Assembly: GCA_965208615.1 (NCBI GenBank)
Contig: CBDBPB010000008.1
Span: 78,331-142,330 of the forward strand
Length of the DNA stretch: 64,000 bases
Source: Spirochaetota bacterium
GTDB taxonomy: Bacteria; Spirochaetota; UBA6919; CBDBPB01
Reading direction: 5' to 3'
Shown here: piece by piece, positions 38,823 through 48,070 of the stretch
Layout of the letters: each line of letters starts with the position of its first letter
Numbering within the stretch: position 1 is the stretch's first letter
The notes under the pieces: generated by a model
Told to the model about the DNA's origin: nothing
Databases searched by the model: none
The model's input: only the letters and a program-made list of their open reading frames with translations
Translations under genes and position numbers: made by a program

Positions 38823-39711
38823 AAATCTTTTTTAACCTATCCTTAGATACATGAGTATAAATCTCGGTTGTAGACAAATTCTTATGTCCCAAAAGCTCTT
38901 GCACAGATCTAATGTCAGCACCACCATTAAGAAGATGGGTTGCAAAAGAATGTCTAAGGACATGAGGAAATACATTTCTCTTAATAGGAAGTACCATAGA
39001 ACGTTTTTTAATTATATACCACACATTACTAGGGTTAAGAGGTTTTCCATTTTTTTTAATAAAAAAATTAGATTCATCTGTCATAAGGCTATTCCATACT
39101 TTACGATAACTTTTTAGAGTTTTAAGGAGTTTTTTACCAAAAAAAACTAAACGCTCATTATTACCCTTACCTAAAATCTTAATTAAACCTCCAGCAAAAT
39201 TAATATCTTTTTCTTTAATAGAAACAAGCTCGGAGACCCTAATACCTGTAACATAAAGGGTCTCAAAAATAGTCTTATCCCTAACGTCAATAATATTATT
39301 AAGGTCAAATTGGGATGATATTAACTTAATCTCTTTAGAGTAAAGAAATTGAGGAATAGATTTGCTAAACTTTGGAGTAGTAATTAAAAGCATGGGATTG
39401 TCTATAAGTATTTTTTCTTTTAAAAGGAAATTAATAAATGCTCTTAAACTAGCTATTTTTCTGGCAATAGTTCGTGAAGAGTATCCCATTTCGTTTAATA
39501 CAAAAATAAACTCCTTTATGTCTTTTCTGTTTAGCCTTGTAATATTAACTTTACGATCTTTTAAAAAGTTAATAAATAATTTTAAATCGATTTCATAATT
39601 TTTTATAGTATGCTTAGCATAATTTTCAACTGTTAAAAAATCAATGTAAAGTTTTAAGTAGCGATCAGGTAGACTTTTTTTTGGGTATTCTTTCATATTT
39701 ACACTTCTCAT
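38794..39711 (-). CDS. xerC: Tyrosine recombinase XerC/D family
   Basis: TGIRVSEL, GKG, HVLRHSFATHLL and QELLGH..LSTTEIY motifs; topA-xer-hslVU context. Confidence 0.9.
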   Translation of the reverse strand: MRSVNMKEYPKKSLPDRYLKLYIDFLTVENYAKHTIKNYEIDLKLFINFLKDRKVNITRLNRKDIKEFIFVLNEMGYSSRTIARKIASLRAFINFLLKEKILIDNPMLLITTPKFSKSIPQFLYSKEIKLISSQFDLNNIIDVRDKTIFETLYVTGIRVSELVSIKEKDINFAGGLIKILGKGNNERLVFFGKKLLKTLKSYRKVWNSLMTDESNFFIKKNGKPLNPSNVWYIIKKRSMVLPIKRNVFPHVLRHSFATHLLNGGADIRSVQELLGHKNLSTTEIYTHVSKDRLKKIYEKSHPHGR

Positions 39712-41743
39712 TTTTGCAAGTTAAAACACGTCCTTTAGCTTTAGTGAACTTCTCAAATAACACCTCATTACACTTAGGGCATGACTCTTCAGATGGAGCA
39801 TCCCAAGATATAAACTTACAATCGGGATAATTAGAACATCCATAAAACTTACGTCGTTTTGCTTTTTTTTCGACAATTTTGCCATTACAGGCATTTTCAG
39901 GGCAATTACAAATGGGTATAGGTTTACTATTCTTACACTCAGGGAATCCACTACAAGCAAGAAAATATCCGTATCTACCAAGACGTTTTATCATACTATT
40001 GCCACATTTTTCACAAATCTCATCAGTTTCTTTATCAAAGATATTTTTCATACTTTCCATTTTCTCGCTAGCGAGTTTAACAGTCTTAGAAAAAGTTGGA
40101 TAAAAATCTTTTAATATCTTTATCCAGTCTATCTTAGCTTCTTCTATTTCATCTAAGAGTTCCTCCATCTTAGCTGTAAAGTCAACGTTGGTTATATCTG
40201 GAAAATACTCGGATATCAATTTATTAGTCAGCTTACCCAATTCAGTTGGAGTAAAGCTCTTATTAGTTCGTGTAATGTAATGTCTTTTTGCTAAGGTAAA
40301 AATGGTAGGAGCATAAGTACCTGGTCTACCTATACCAGTCTCTTCCAGTTTTTTTACTATACTTGCCTCAGTATACCTAGGAGGAGGCTCGGTAAAATGT
40401 TGAGTCTGGTCTAATTTATTTAATTTAACCTCATCACCCTTAGCAAGTTTGGGCAAATTAATATTATCACCATTAGAAATACCCAATACCTCTAAAAACC
40501 CTTTGAACTTAACTTCTGATAATATTAACTTAAATAATCCTTTTCCTCCAGTAATATCAACTTGTAGCTGATCATAAATAGCATCCTCCATTTGAGAGGC
40601 TAAAAACTTATTCCAAATAAGAGTATACAGTTTAAGCTCGTCTTTGGATAAATATGGACTAACATCTTTTGGAGTTCTAAGAACAGAAGTAGGTCTAATA
40701 GCCTCATGTGCATCTTGAGCACCTTTTTTATTAGTATAATGGATAGGCTTAGACGGCAAATACTTTTTTCCATATACCTTTAAGATGTAGTCTCTGACCT
40801 CTTTTATAGCGACATCAGAAACTCTTGTAGAGTCAGTTCTCATATATGTTATTAATCCAACAGTTTCTTTTTTTAAATCTATGCCCTCATAAAGTCTTTG
40901 TGCTGTCCACATTGTCTTATCAGCCTTAAACCTCAAACTATTAAAGGCCTCCTGCTGTAGTTTACTAGTAGTAAAAGGGGCAAGAGGTTTTCTTTTTCTA
41001 TCTTTTTTGGCAACTTTACTTACTATAAACTTTTCTTTTTTAAGCTTAGCTACAACAGCATTAGTATCTTTCTCATTTTTTAAGTCAATTTTTTTACCAT
41101 TATATTCTTGTAGTTTAACTTTAAACTTTTTTTTATCTTTAGAAAATGTACCTTCAATATTCCAGTATTCTTGAGGTATAAAGCTTAAGATGGCATCCTC
41201 ACGATCGCATATAAGCTTTAGAGTAGCAGATTGCACTCTACCGGCAGATAAGCCTTTTTTTAGCTTCTGCCACAAAAGAGGACTTAAATTATATCCAACA
41301 AGCCTATCTAATACCCTGCGTGCCTTTTGAGCATTAACTTTGTGCATATCTATAATAATAGGATTTTTTATAGACTCTTTTATTGCATCTTTAGTTATCT
41401 CATTAAAAACGATTCTTTTAAACTTAACTTTTGGATTAGACTTTAAAATAGCATTTTGTATATGCCATGATATAGCCTCACCTTCTCTATCATTATCCGA
41501 AGCTAAAAGAACGACTTTTGACTTGTTAGCGGATTTTTTTAGGCTGTCTAAGAGCTTACCACGACCTCTTATGGTAATATAGTCAGGTTCAAAGTTATTT
41601 TCAACATTTACAGCCAAACGAGATTTTGGTAAATCAACTACATGTCCCATAGAGGATAGGACTTGAAAACCTCTTCCAAGATATTTAGTTATTGTTTTAG
41701 CTTTAGCAGGAGATTCTACTACAACAAGTATTTTATCAGACAA
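39665..41743 (-). CDS. topA: DNA topoisomerase I
   Basis: VESPAKAKTI, DREGEAI, SAGRVQS, ITYMRTDS, GIGRP motifs; C-terminal zinc ribbons. Confidence 0.98.
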   Translation of the reverse strand: MSDKILVVVESPAKAKTITKYLGRGFQVLSSMGHVVDLPKSRLAVNVENNFEPDYITIRGRGKLLDSLKKSANKSKVVLLASDNDREGEAISWHIQNAILKSNPKVKFKRIVFNEITKDAIKESIKNPIIIDMHKVNAQKARRVLDRLVGYNLSPLLWQKLKKGLSAGRVQSATLKLICDREDAILSFIPQEYWNIEGTFSKDKKKFKVKLQEYNGKKIDLKNEKDTNAVVAKLKKEKFIVSKVAKKDRKRKPLAPFTTSKLQQEAFNSLRFKADKTMWTAQRLYEGIDLKKETVGLITYMRTDSTRVSDVAIKEVRDYILKVYGKKYLPSKPIHYTNKKGAQDAHEAIRPTSVLRTPKDVSPYLSKDELKLYTLIWNKFLASQMEDAIYDQLQVDITGGKGLFKLILSEVKFKGFLEVLGISNGDNINLPKLAKGDEVKLNKLDQTQHFTEPPPRYTEASIVKKLEETGIGRPGTYAPTIFTLAKRHYITRTNKSFTPTELGKLTNKLISEYFPDITNVDFTAKMEELLDEIEEAKIDWIKILKDFYPTFSKTVKLASEKMESMKNIFDKETDEICEKCGNSMIKRLGRYGYFLACSGFPECKNSKPIPICNCPENACNGKIVEKKAKRRKFYGCSNYPDCKFISWDAPSEESCPKCNEVLFEKFTKAKGRVLTCKNEKCKYERIPKKKST

Positions 41744-41759
41744 ATAGTCCTCCTTAAAA

Positions 41760-42932
41760 TTATAAGTTTCGCTTATAACAGTTTCCCAATTTAGAACACA
41801 ATCCTTTAAAGGTTAAACTGGTTAAGCCGCTAATAACTTCTTCTACTTTAAGTTTACTAAGTTCTACGATTTTATCAAAAGTTTTTTTTTCAGTTACAGA
41901 AAGATATTTTAAAATAATAGCTTCTTCTTTAGTTAGTTGTGAATTTTCAAAGTTACTATTAGTTTCGTTTTTTATTTTGTTATTTTTTATTTTATTATTT
42001 ATATTACCAGTTAGTTTAGAAAAATCTTTTTTATTTTTACTAACTAAATCCAAGTCTAACACTAAAGAAAGATCCTCTAACAAGTCTTTAAAGTTTTCAA
42101 TAAGCTTTGCACCTTTTTTAATTAAAAGGTGAGTACCGGTATAATTATAACTTCTGGCATCTCCAGGAAAAGCATATATTTCTCTACCATAGTCTAGTGC
42201 ATACTGTGCAGTATATAAAGAGCCAGAGTCTTTACTACCCTCAACAACAACAACTCCTACGCTTAAACCGGCTATAATTCGGTTTCGTATAGGAAAATGA
42301 TAACTTTTTGGATATGATCCAATTGGGAACTCACTAAAAATACATCCTTTTTCGCTAATAATATTTTGTAAATCAATATTAGCCTTAGGAAAATATTTAT
42401 CTATTCCACATCCCAAGACAGCAACAGTTCTACCATTACTCTTAAGCGTACCCTTATGAGCTTCTGCGTCTATACCCATAGCCAATCCACTAACCACTGT
42501 AATTCCAATTTGTCCAAGCTCATAACCAAGCCTATAACTATTATTCAAGCCATAACTGGTTGCATTTCTGCATCCAACAACAGAAATAGAGTTAAAATCA
42601 CTTTTGGCCAGATTACCTTTATAATATAAAACAATTGGAGGATCAGGTAACGATAAAAGATTCTCTGGATAGTCATTGGAGTGTATATAAGTAATTCCTA
42701 CATTTAGTTTTATAGTCTCATAAAACTCCTTTTCTGCTTTTTCTAATAACTCTTTTTTATTAAACGCCTTTGAGCTATTTTTTATTCCAAGTAATCGAAC
42801 TAATTCCTTATCATCAATAGAAAAAATAGTTTTAATATCTTTGTAATGGTCAAGAAGTTCTTTTTTCTTAAAAGCTCCCAATCCAGCCATATTAAAAGCA
42901 ATATAATATATTTTTTTATCCAAATCATACAC
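41760..42932 (-). CDS. dprA: DNA-processing protein DprA
   Basis: VSGLAMGIDAEAH, FPIRNRIIAGLS, SGSLYTA and LIKKGAKL motifs. Confidence 0.96.
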   Translation of the reverse strand: MYDLDKKIYYIAFNMAGLGAFKKKELLDHYKDIKTIFSIDDKELVRLLGIKNSSKAFNKKELLEKAEKEFYETIKLNVGITYIHSNDYPENLLSLPDPPIVLYYKGNLAKSDFNSISVVGCRNATSYGLNNSYRLGYELGQIGITVVSGLAMGIDAEAHKGTLKSNGRTVAVLGCGIDKYFPKANIDLQNIISEKGCIFSEFPIGSYPKSYHFPIRNRIIAGLSVGVVVVEGSKDSGSLYTAQYALDYGREIYAFPGDARSYNYTGTHLLIKKGAKLIENFKDLLEDLSLVLDLDLVSKNKKDFSKLTGNINNKIKNNKIKNETNSNFENSQLTKEEAIILKYLSVTEKKTFDKIVELSKLKVEEVISGLTSLTFKGLCSKLGNCYKRNL

Positions 42933-42987
42933 TAATATGCGGCCTATAACTTTATGAGCTTTATAGTATTTCTTAGTAGTTTATAAT

Positions 42988-44160
42988 CTACTTTATTTTT
43001 ATATTATTAGTTAGCTCATTTTGAATTATTAAATAATTTTTTTCAGCATTTTTATAAGAGATAGAATTTTCAGGAAGGATTGCCATTAATCTATTTTTAT
43101 AAACCTTCATAGCCTCATCTAGCCTATCCATAAGATAGTATATTCTTCCCAGTAAAAACCAACTTAGCTTGTCACGGCCACCAAAACCGTTTTTTACAGA
43201 AAGATCAACTCTTCTTTTAAGTAGCTCTTCTGCCTTTTCTAAGTAAAAATGCTTTTTATAATCATTAAAATGTTCATATCTATAAACATATAGTTCTGCC
43301 AAATTATAAATACCTTTATAATACTTGCTGTCAACACCTATTGCAATTAAAAACTCTTTTTCAGCGTTATCCAAATACTTTTTTTGATCTTCTTTAAGAA
43401 TGGAGGGATCATAACTAGTAAAATAAGATAGTTGTCGATAAATTATTCCTTTTTTGTGATGTAAGCTTGGTTTAACTCTGTTATAAAGGTATTCTTTTCT
43501 AAAGTTTTTATTTGGACTAGTCTTATTAAGTTTATGTTTTATATTTAACAATCTATCCAAAGACAGGGCCAAAGCCAGGTTTGACCAGTTTTTTTTAATA
43601 CCTATACGGTTGACAGATAGAGCATTAGTATTTTTTATAATTTCATAAATATCTGAAGTTTCATCTTCTAAAGCTTTAGTTGCCTCACTATAAGACTTTA
43701 ATGACAGCATTCTAGAGCTTATTAGTTTTTTAATAGTCTTTTTAGCAAGGGAATCCTTTTTTTTTATATAATGAAGTAGCTCATTTTGGCTTAACCTATC
43801 ATAGGTTATTGGGGGATTTTTATCACTAAGATATTCTTCATAAAGATAGTAATCACCTTTTAGTTCAAAGACCTCTGCCAGCTGATGTTGAAAGGTTAGT
43901 TTTTCTTTAATAAGTTTTTTTATTTTTGGTGTAATTTTAGGGTCTAAAAAAACATATTTTGGAAGCTTTTTACCTTTGTAGTAATCAGCAATAGAGTTAT
44001 TTATTTCTTCAACATCTTCTTTTATATTATTAATATTTCTATTAAGTTTTTCAATTCTATTTTTGGGGGCATAATATTCTTTTACTATAACAATGGCTAT
44101 AATAAATACTATTAACGTTATAATATATAATTTTTTACGTTCCTTCATAAGAGCATCCAT
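42988..44160 (-). CDS. Membrane-anchored TPR-containing hypothetical protein
   Basis: N-terminal TM, coiled coil, C-terminal TPR-like helices (YNLAELY, WFLLGRIYY). Confidence 0.65.
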   Translation of the reverse strand: MDALMKERKKLYIITLIVFIIAIVIVKEYYAPKNRIEKLNRNINNIKEDVEEINNSIADYYKGKKLPKYVFLDPKITPKIKKLIKEKLTFQHQLAEVFELKGDYYLYEEYLSDKNPPITYDRLSQNELLHYIKKKDSLAKKTIKKLISSRMLSLKSYSEATKALEDETSDIYEIIKNTNALSVNRIGIKKNWSNLALALSLDRLLNIKHKLNKTSPNKNFRKEYLYNRVKPSLHHKKGIIYRQLSYFTSYDPSILKEDQKKYLDNAEKEFLIAIGVDSKYYKGIYNLAELYVYRYEHFNDYKKHFYLEKAEELLKRRVDLSVKNGFGGRDKLSWFLLGRIYYLMDRLDEAMKVYKNRLMAILPENSISYKNAEKNYLIIQNELTNNIKIK

Positions 44161-44371
44161 AAATTGTTAACAATAATTAATAAATCCCTTTTAATTGTCA
44201 AGTTTTTTTAATATTTTCTTTAAAAGAAGCTTTAACATAGAGGCTGGAAATAGTATTATAGTGTATAGCTATTTTTTTTGTAGACGGCAAACATAGTAAA
44301 TTGTTATAAACGCAATAAATTCTTTTTAGTTGTCAAGTTTTTTTTTAATATTTTCTTTAAAAGAAGCTTTA
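44161..44371. repeat. ~74-bp direct repeat (44161-44234 and ~44298-44371) carrying TTGACA on the minus strand
   Basis: aattgtta...aataaat...ttgtcaagttttttt(tt)aatattttctttaaaagaagcttta occurs twice. Confidence 0.85.
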
Positions 44372-44468
44372 ATTATTACTAATTGTTCTAAATAGAGTAG
44401 CTCAAAAGTATTCTAAGGTAATTTATATTTCTAAGACTTAAAAAATATAGATAAAATCTATTTAACAA

Positions 44469-45308
44469 TTTATGACAAAGAGCAAAGTGTAAAGGAATAA
44501 GACATATACGTTCAGGTTTTGAGTCGGACGAGTAAGTATATTTATTTTTGTTAATGTTAAGGGGAGTATAGCTTTTCTTTTTTTGATATTAGTTTATTTA
44601 GAGTGATATTATTTAATAATTTATTTATCATTTTATGACAAAGAGCAAAGTGTAAAGGAATAAGACATATACGTTCAGGTTTTGAGTCGGACGAGTAAGT
44701 ATATTTATTTTTGTCAAGGTTAGTATAGCTTTTCTTTTTTTTGATATTAGTTTATTTAGAGTGATATTATTTAATAATTTATTTATCATTTTATGACAAA
44801 GAGCAAAGTGTAAAGGAATAAGGCATATACGTTCAGGTTTTGAGTCGGACGAGTAAGTATATTTATTTTTGTTAATGTTAGTATAGCTTTTCTTTTTTTT
44901 GATATTAGTTTATTTAGAGTGATATTATTTAATAATTTATTTATCATTTTATGACAAAGAGCAAAGTGTAAAGGAATAAGGCATATACGTTCAGGTTTTG
45001 AGTCGGACGAGTAAGTATATTTATTTTTGTTAAGGTTAGTATAGCTTTTCTTTTTTTGATATTAGTTTATTTAGAGTGATATTATTTAATAATTTATTTA
45101 TCATTTTATGACAAAGAGCAAAGTGTAAAGGAGTAAGACATATACGTTCAGGTTTTGAGTCGGACGAGTAAGTATATTTATTTTTGTCAAGGTTAAGGGG
45201 AGTATAGCTTTTCTTTTTTTTGATATTAGTTTATTTAGAGTGATATTATTTAATAATTTATTTATCATTTTATGACAAAGAGCAAAGTGTAAAGGAATAA
45301 GGCATATA
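44469..45308. repeat. Non-coding tandem array: 5 full units of 157-164 bp plus one partial unit
   Basis: atgacaaagagcaaagtgtaaagga starts at 44472, 44635, 44793, 44951, 45108 and 45272. Confidence 0.97.
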
Positions 45309-45607
45309 ACGTAAAGATAGGCAGGTTTTAGATTTCTTTATGGAACAGGAAAGTTAAAATATTTATGAAAAAGTTATTTTCTTGTGTCAAGCAGGTTATC
45401 CCTTTATGCTCTTTAAGTACTGCTTAAATGCCTCAGTAATGAACACAAAATATCACTTTTTATGCAAGTAGTCATCACTATGAGAGCTATTAAGAATCCC
45501 TTGCTGAGACTGAGAATTATAGACCTTTATTAAGTGATAAGGAATTTGCCCTTCTACAAAAGGATAGAGCGGATTATTGGAATATTCTATATTGACTTTA
45601 TGTGTAA
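45309..45607 (+). repeat. Unique right part (segment C) of the dispersed element, continuous with the array
   Basis: Homologous to 11700-11998. Confidence 0.9.
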
Positions 45608-45720
45608 TTGCATGTCTGAATTAAAAATAATAGAACAGTCTATATCTATAAAAATTCATAAGCTTAAAACGTTTTTACAATAACCTACTAAAACACTTGA
45701 TAACAAAACGGTAAATAGCA

Positions 45721-46584
45721 ATGGCTTATAATAAACTTATTCCTAAAGACATAAATCACTTTTCTAGTAGCATGATAGAGGAGTTTTTGTATGCCGTAGA
45801 TAAAGAGGTTTATCAACCCTTTTTCAACTCGAGTACAAAAATTACTCCAAAGTATGATACTGTTGGTAAAATCGTTATAACTAATTACTGTCAGTTAAAT
45901 TGTAAGTTCTGTTCTTATAGAAAAGATAATAATATAAAAAGATTCTTTATATCAGAAAATCGCCTGAAAGACTTATGCAATAAAGCAATAAACTTAGGAG
46001 TTAAAGAAATCATTATAGAAGCTGGTGCAATGAATAGTATTTATTATAAAAACTATTTAATCCTTCATTATAACGTAATTGCCAATCTACCCGTTAAAAC
46101 CTATATCGATATCGGAGCAAAAACTTTAATATCCTCGTCAGAAATCCTTAACGTTAATAAAAATATTTTTATAGACTATTCACCAAGAGATATAGACTTT
46201 TTATCAACGTTATGCTCCTTTGATGAGCAGGATAAAATAATTAGCATAATTAACTCATATAAAACTCATAACTCTTATGCTAACCTTATTATAGACCTAC
46301 CCGGACAGGACTTTAGCGACCTTGTAAAAGATATTATTTTTCTCAAAAACTCTAATATTAAAGGTATTAAACTATCCCCTTTTTCGCCTAGTAGTGGAAC
46401 TCCCTTTTCTATTTTTGGCATAGCCTGTTCCCTAACTACGTTTAAGGTAATATCTCTTTTAAGGCTAATAAAACCAGACTGGGATATTTTTATAGATATT
46501 AGTATAAATAGCTTAGAATATAATGATCCTATGAATAAGGCATTGAAAATAGGCGGTAATAAGAGGATTATACTAGTTGATTAA
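45721..46584 (+). CDS. Radical SAM protein, divergent HydE/BioB-like
   Basis: TNYCQLNCKFCSYRKDN (CxxxCxxC), IIDLPGQ, PFSPSSGTPF and ISLLRLI motifs. Confidence 0.8.
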   Translation: MAYNKLIPKDINHFSSSMIEEFLYAVDKEVYQPFFNSSTKITPKYDTVGKIVITNYCQLNCKFCSYRKDNNIKRFFISENRLKDLCNKAINLGVKEIIIEAGAMNSIYYKNYLILHYNVIANLPVKTYIDIGAKTLISSSEILNVNKNIFIDYSPRDIDFLSTLCSFDEQDKIISIINSYKTHNSYANLIIDLPGQDFSDLVKDIIFLKNSNIKGIKLSPFSPSSGTPFSIFGIACSLTTFKVISLLRLIKPDWDIFIDISINSLEYNDPMNKALKIGGNKRIILVD

Positions 46585-46597
46585 AAATAATCCTTAG

Positions 46598-47560
46598 TTA
46601 TTCCTTTTTAAGTTTATCTTTTTTAAGCTTGCCTTTCAGATTTTTTATGAACTCCAAATCTCTTTTTAGATTACTATCCCCAATAGCCCTTTTAGCATCA
46701 ACCCTCTTTTGTGAGTAGAATAAAGCTTGCTCATAGTCCTTTTCTATAAGGTATACTATAACTAAACTTCCAGACCTCTGCATAATAGCTTTATGATCCT
46801 CCATTTTACTTGCAATATTCAATGCCTTTGTAAAATAGATTATGGCATCCCTATAGTTTTTACGCAAGAAATTGGCTCTAGCAATATTATTATATACTAT
46901 TCCAATAAAATACTCCAAACCTATACTACTAAATAACTTTTCTGCTTCTAAATAATGATCAATAGATTTACTATAATCTTCCTTAGCCTCATAAAGAAGT
47001 CCAAGTTCATTATAGCTAATCCCTAATCCATAAGAATCAGACAGCCTCTTCTTTATCCTAACTGCATTATTAAAATGTTTAAGGGATATATCAAGCTTTC
47101 CCCTATCTCTATATAACTTAGCCAAATTATTATAGTTTATAGCTAGGCTTAATTTATCCCCTATAATTCTATTTATTTTTATGGCTCTATTATAAAAAAT
47201 TATGGCATTATCCCACTTTCTTTTTGCTCTATGTACCTCTCCTATATTATTATAAGCTAACGCAAATATCTTAGGATCCTTAGTTAGTTTAGCCTGGTTT
47301 AAAATACGATTGAAAATATCAATACTATGCTCATAATTCTTAAGATAAAAATAACTTTTACCCATATAATTTAAAAGAAAAATAGACCACTCTTTTATTT
47401 TAAGCCCCTCTTTACACTCCTCTATAACCTTATTATATTTTCCCATGTTAAAGGCTTTACTAACCTCGGCTTTATAGTCATCTAAAGTTTTAACCTTTAA
47501 GTGGTATAGAGTAGAACTTAATATTATAAGTAATACAAAAAATAAGTTGGTTTTACTCAT
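46598..47560 (-). CDS. TPR protein with N-terminal signal/TM segment
   Basis: Repeats AYNNIGEVH, NYNNLAKLY, SYNELGLLY and VYNNIARAN. Confidence 0.85.
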   Translation of the reverse strand: MSKTNLFFVLLIILSSTLYHLKVKTLDDYKAEVSKAFNMGKYNKVIEECKEGLKIKEWSIFLLNYMGKSYFYLKNYEHSIDIFNRILNQAKLTKDPKIFALAYNNIGEVHRAKRKWDNAIIFYNRAIKINRIIGDKLSLAINYNNLAKLYRDRGKLDISLKHFNNAVRIKKRLSDSYGLGISYNELGLLYEAKEDYSKSIDHYLEAEKLFSSIGLEYFIGIVYNNIARANFLRKNYRDAIIYFTKALNIASKMEDHKAIMQRSGSLVIVYLIEKDYEQALFYSQKRVDAKRAIGDSNLKRDLEFIKNLKGKLKKDKLKKE

Positions 47561-47732
47561 ATTTAATTACCTTTTTGCATAAGGATATTAATAAATGCCT
47601 CTTAAAAAGATCCATATTATTTAGACTATACAAGCAAAGATAGTTATATTAAAAGAATAACTAAATAAAAATAACAAAATTAAAGTTATATTAAATTGTA
47701 TAATAACTTTTTGAAAACTATTAATAAAAAAA

Positions 47733-47761
47733 TTGACATAATAATATAAAACTACTATTTT
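47733..47761 (+). promoter_or_regulatory. Putative sigma70 promoter for tRNA-Ser/SRP RNA
   Basis: TTGACA-17 bp-TATTTT with an A-rich UP element, 13 bp upstream of the tRNA. Confidence 0.6.
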
Positions 47762-47774
47762 TAAATACTTAGTT

Positions 47775-47859
47775 GGAGAGATGTCCGAGAGGCCTAAGGA
47801 GCACGCTTGGAAAGCGTGTGTAGTAAACGCTACCGAGGGTTCGAATCCCTCTCTCTCCG
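47775..47859 (+). tRNA. tRNA-Ser(GGA)
   Basis: Acceptor stem GGAGAGA/TCTCTCC; anticodon arm CACGC-TTGGAAA-GCGTG; long variable arm; GTTCGAATC; discriminator G; CCA not encoded. Confidence 0.97.
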
Positions 47860-47884
47860 AGTGAACTGCATAGGGAACAGTAAA

Positions 47885-48032
47885 ATAGGATTATGATCAA
47901 GATCACTATCTATTAGCCAGCTCATGAATTTATTTAGGGTGTTAATTCGCCAGGCCCTGACGGGAGCAACGGAATACCTTAAAAAATGTTGTGATAACTG
48001 GTTTTGGATAGTGGTCAAGATGATAAGCTTAT
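47885..48032 (+). ncRNA. ffs: Signal recognition particle RNA
   Basis: Helix 8 motif CCAGGCCC-TGAC-GGGAGCAACGG at the tip of a long hairpin (gatcactatcta/tggatagtggtc; ttagggtgtt/aataccttaa); conserved tRNA-Ser-ffs-dnaX synteny; ends approximate. Confidence 0.85.
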
Positions 48033-48070
48033 AAAATAGTAGATAAATGCTATAAAATAAAGAGAATTAT

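Noticed and set aside
38794-39711. Tyrosine recombinase as a prophage/ICE integrase or invertase for the repeats
   Set aside because: It sits in the conserved housekeeping dprA-topA-xerC-hslV-hslU block, with no att sites or mobile cargo adjacent
44472-44492. Mini-ORF MTKSKV* repeated in each array unit
   Set aside because: Only 6 codons, no ribosome-binding site directly upstream, and not conserved in the copy at ~11650
44469-45308. CRISPR array interpretation of the tandem array
   Set aside because: Units are ~160 bp and near-identical along their whole length, with no unique spacers, and there are no cas genes in the window
44161-45720. Replication origin in the large AT-rich intergenic region
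   Set aside because: No clustered TTATCCACA boxes were seen and no dnaA, dnaN or rep gene is adjacent; an iteron-like role cannot be fully excluded
47830-48018. 62-aa minus-strand ORF
   Set aside because: Overlaps tRNA-Ser and the SRP RNA on the opposite strand
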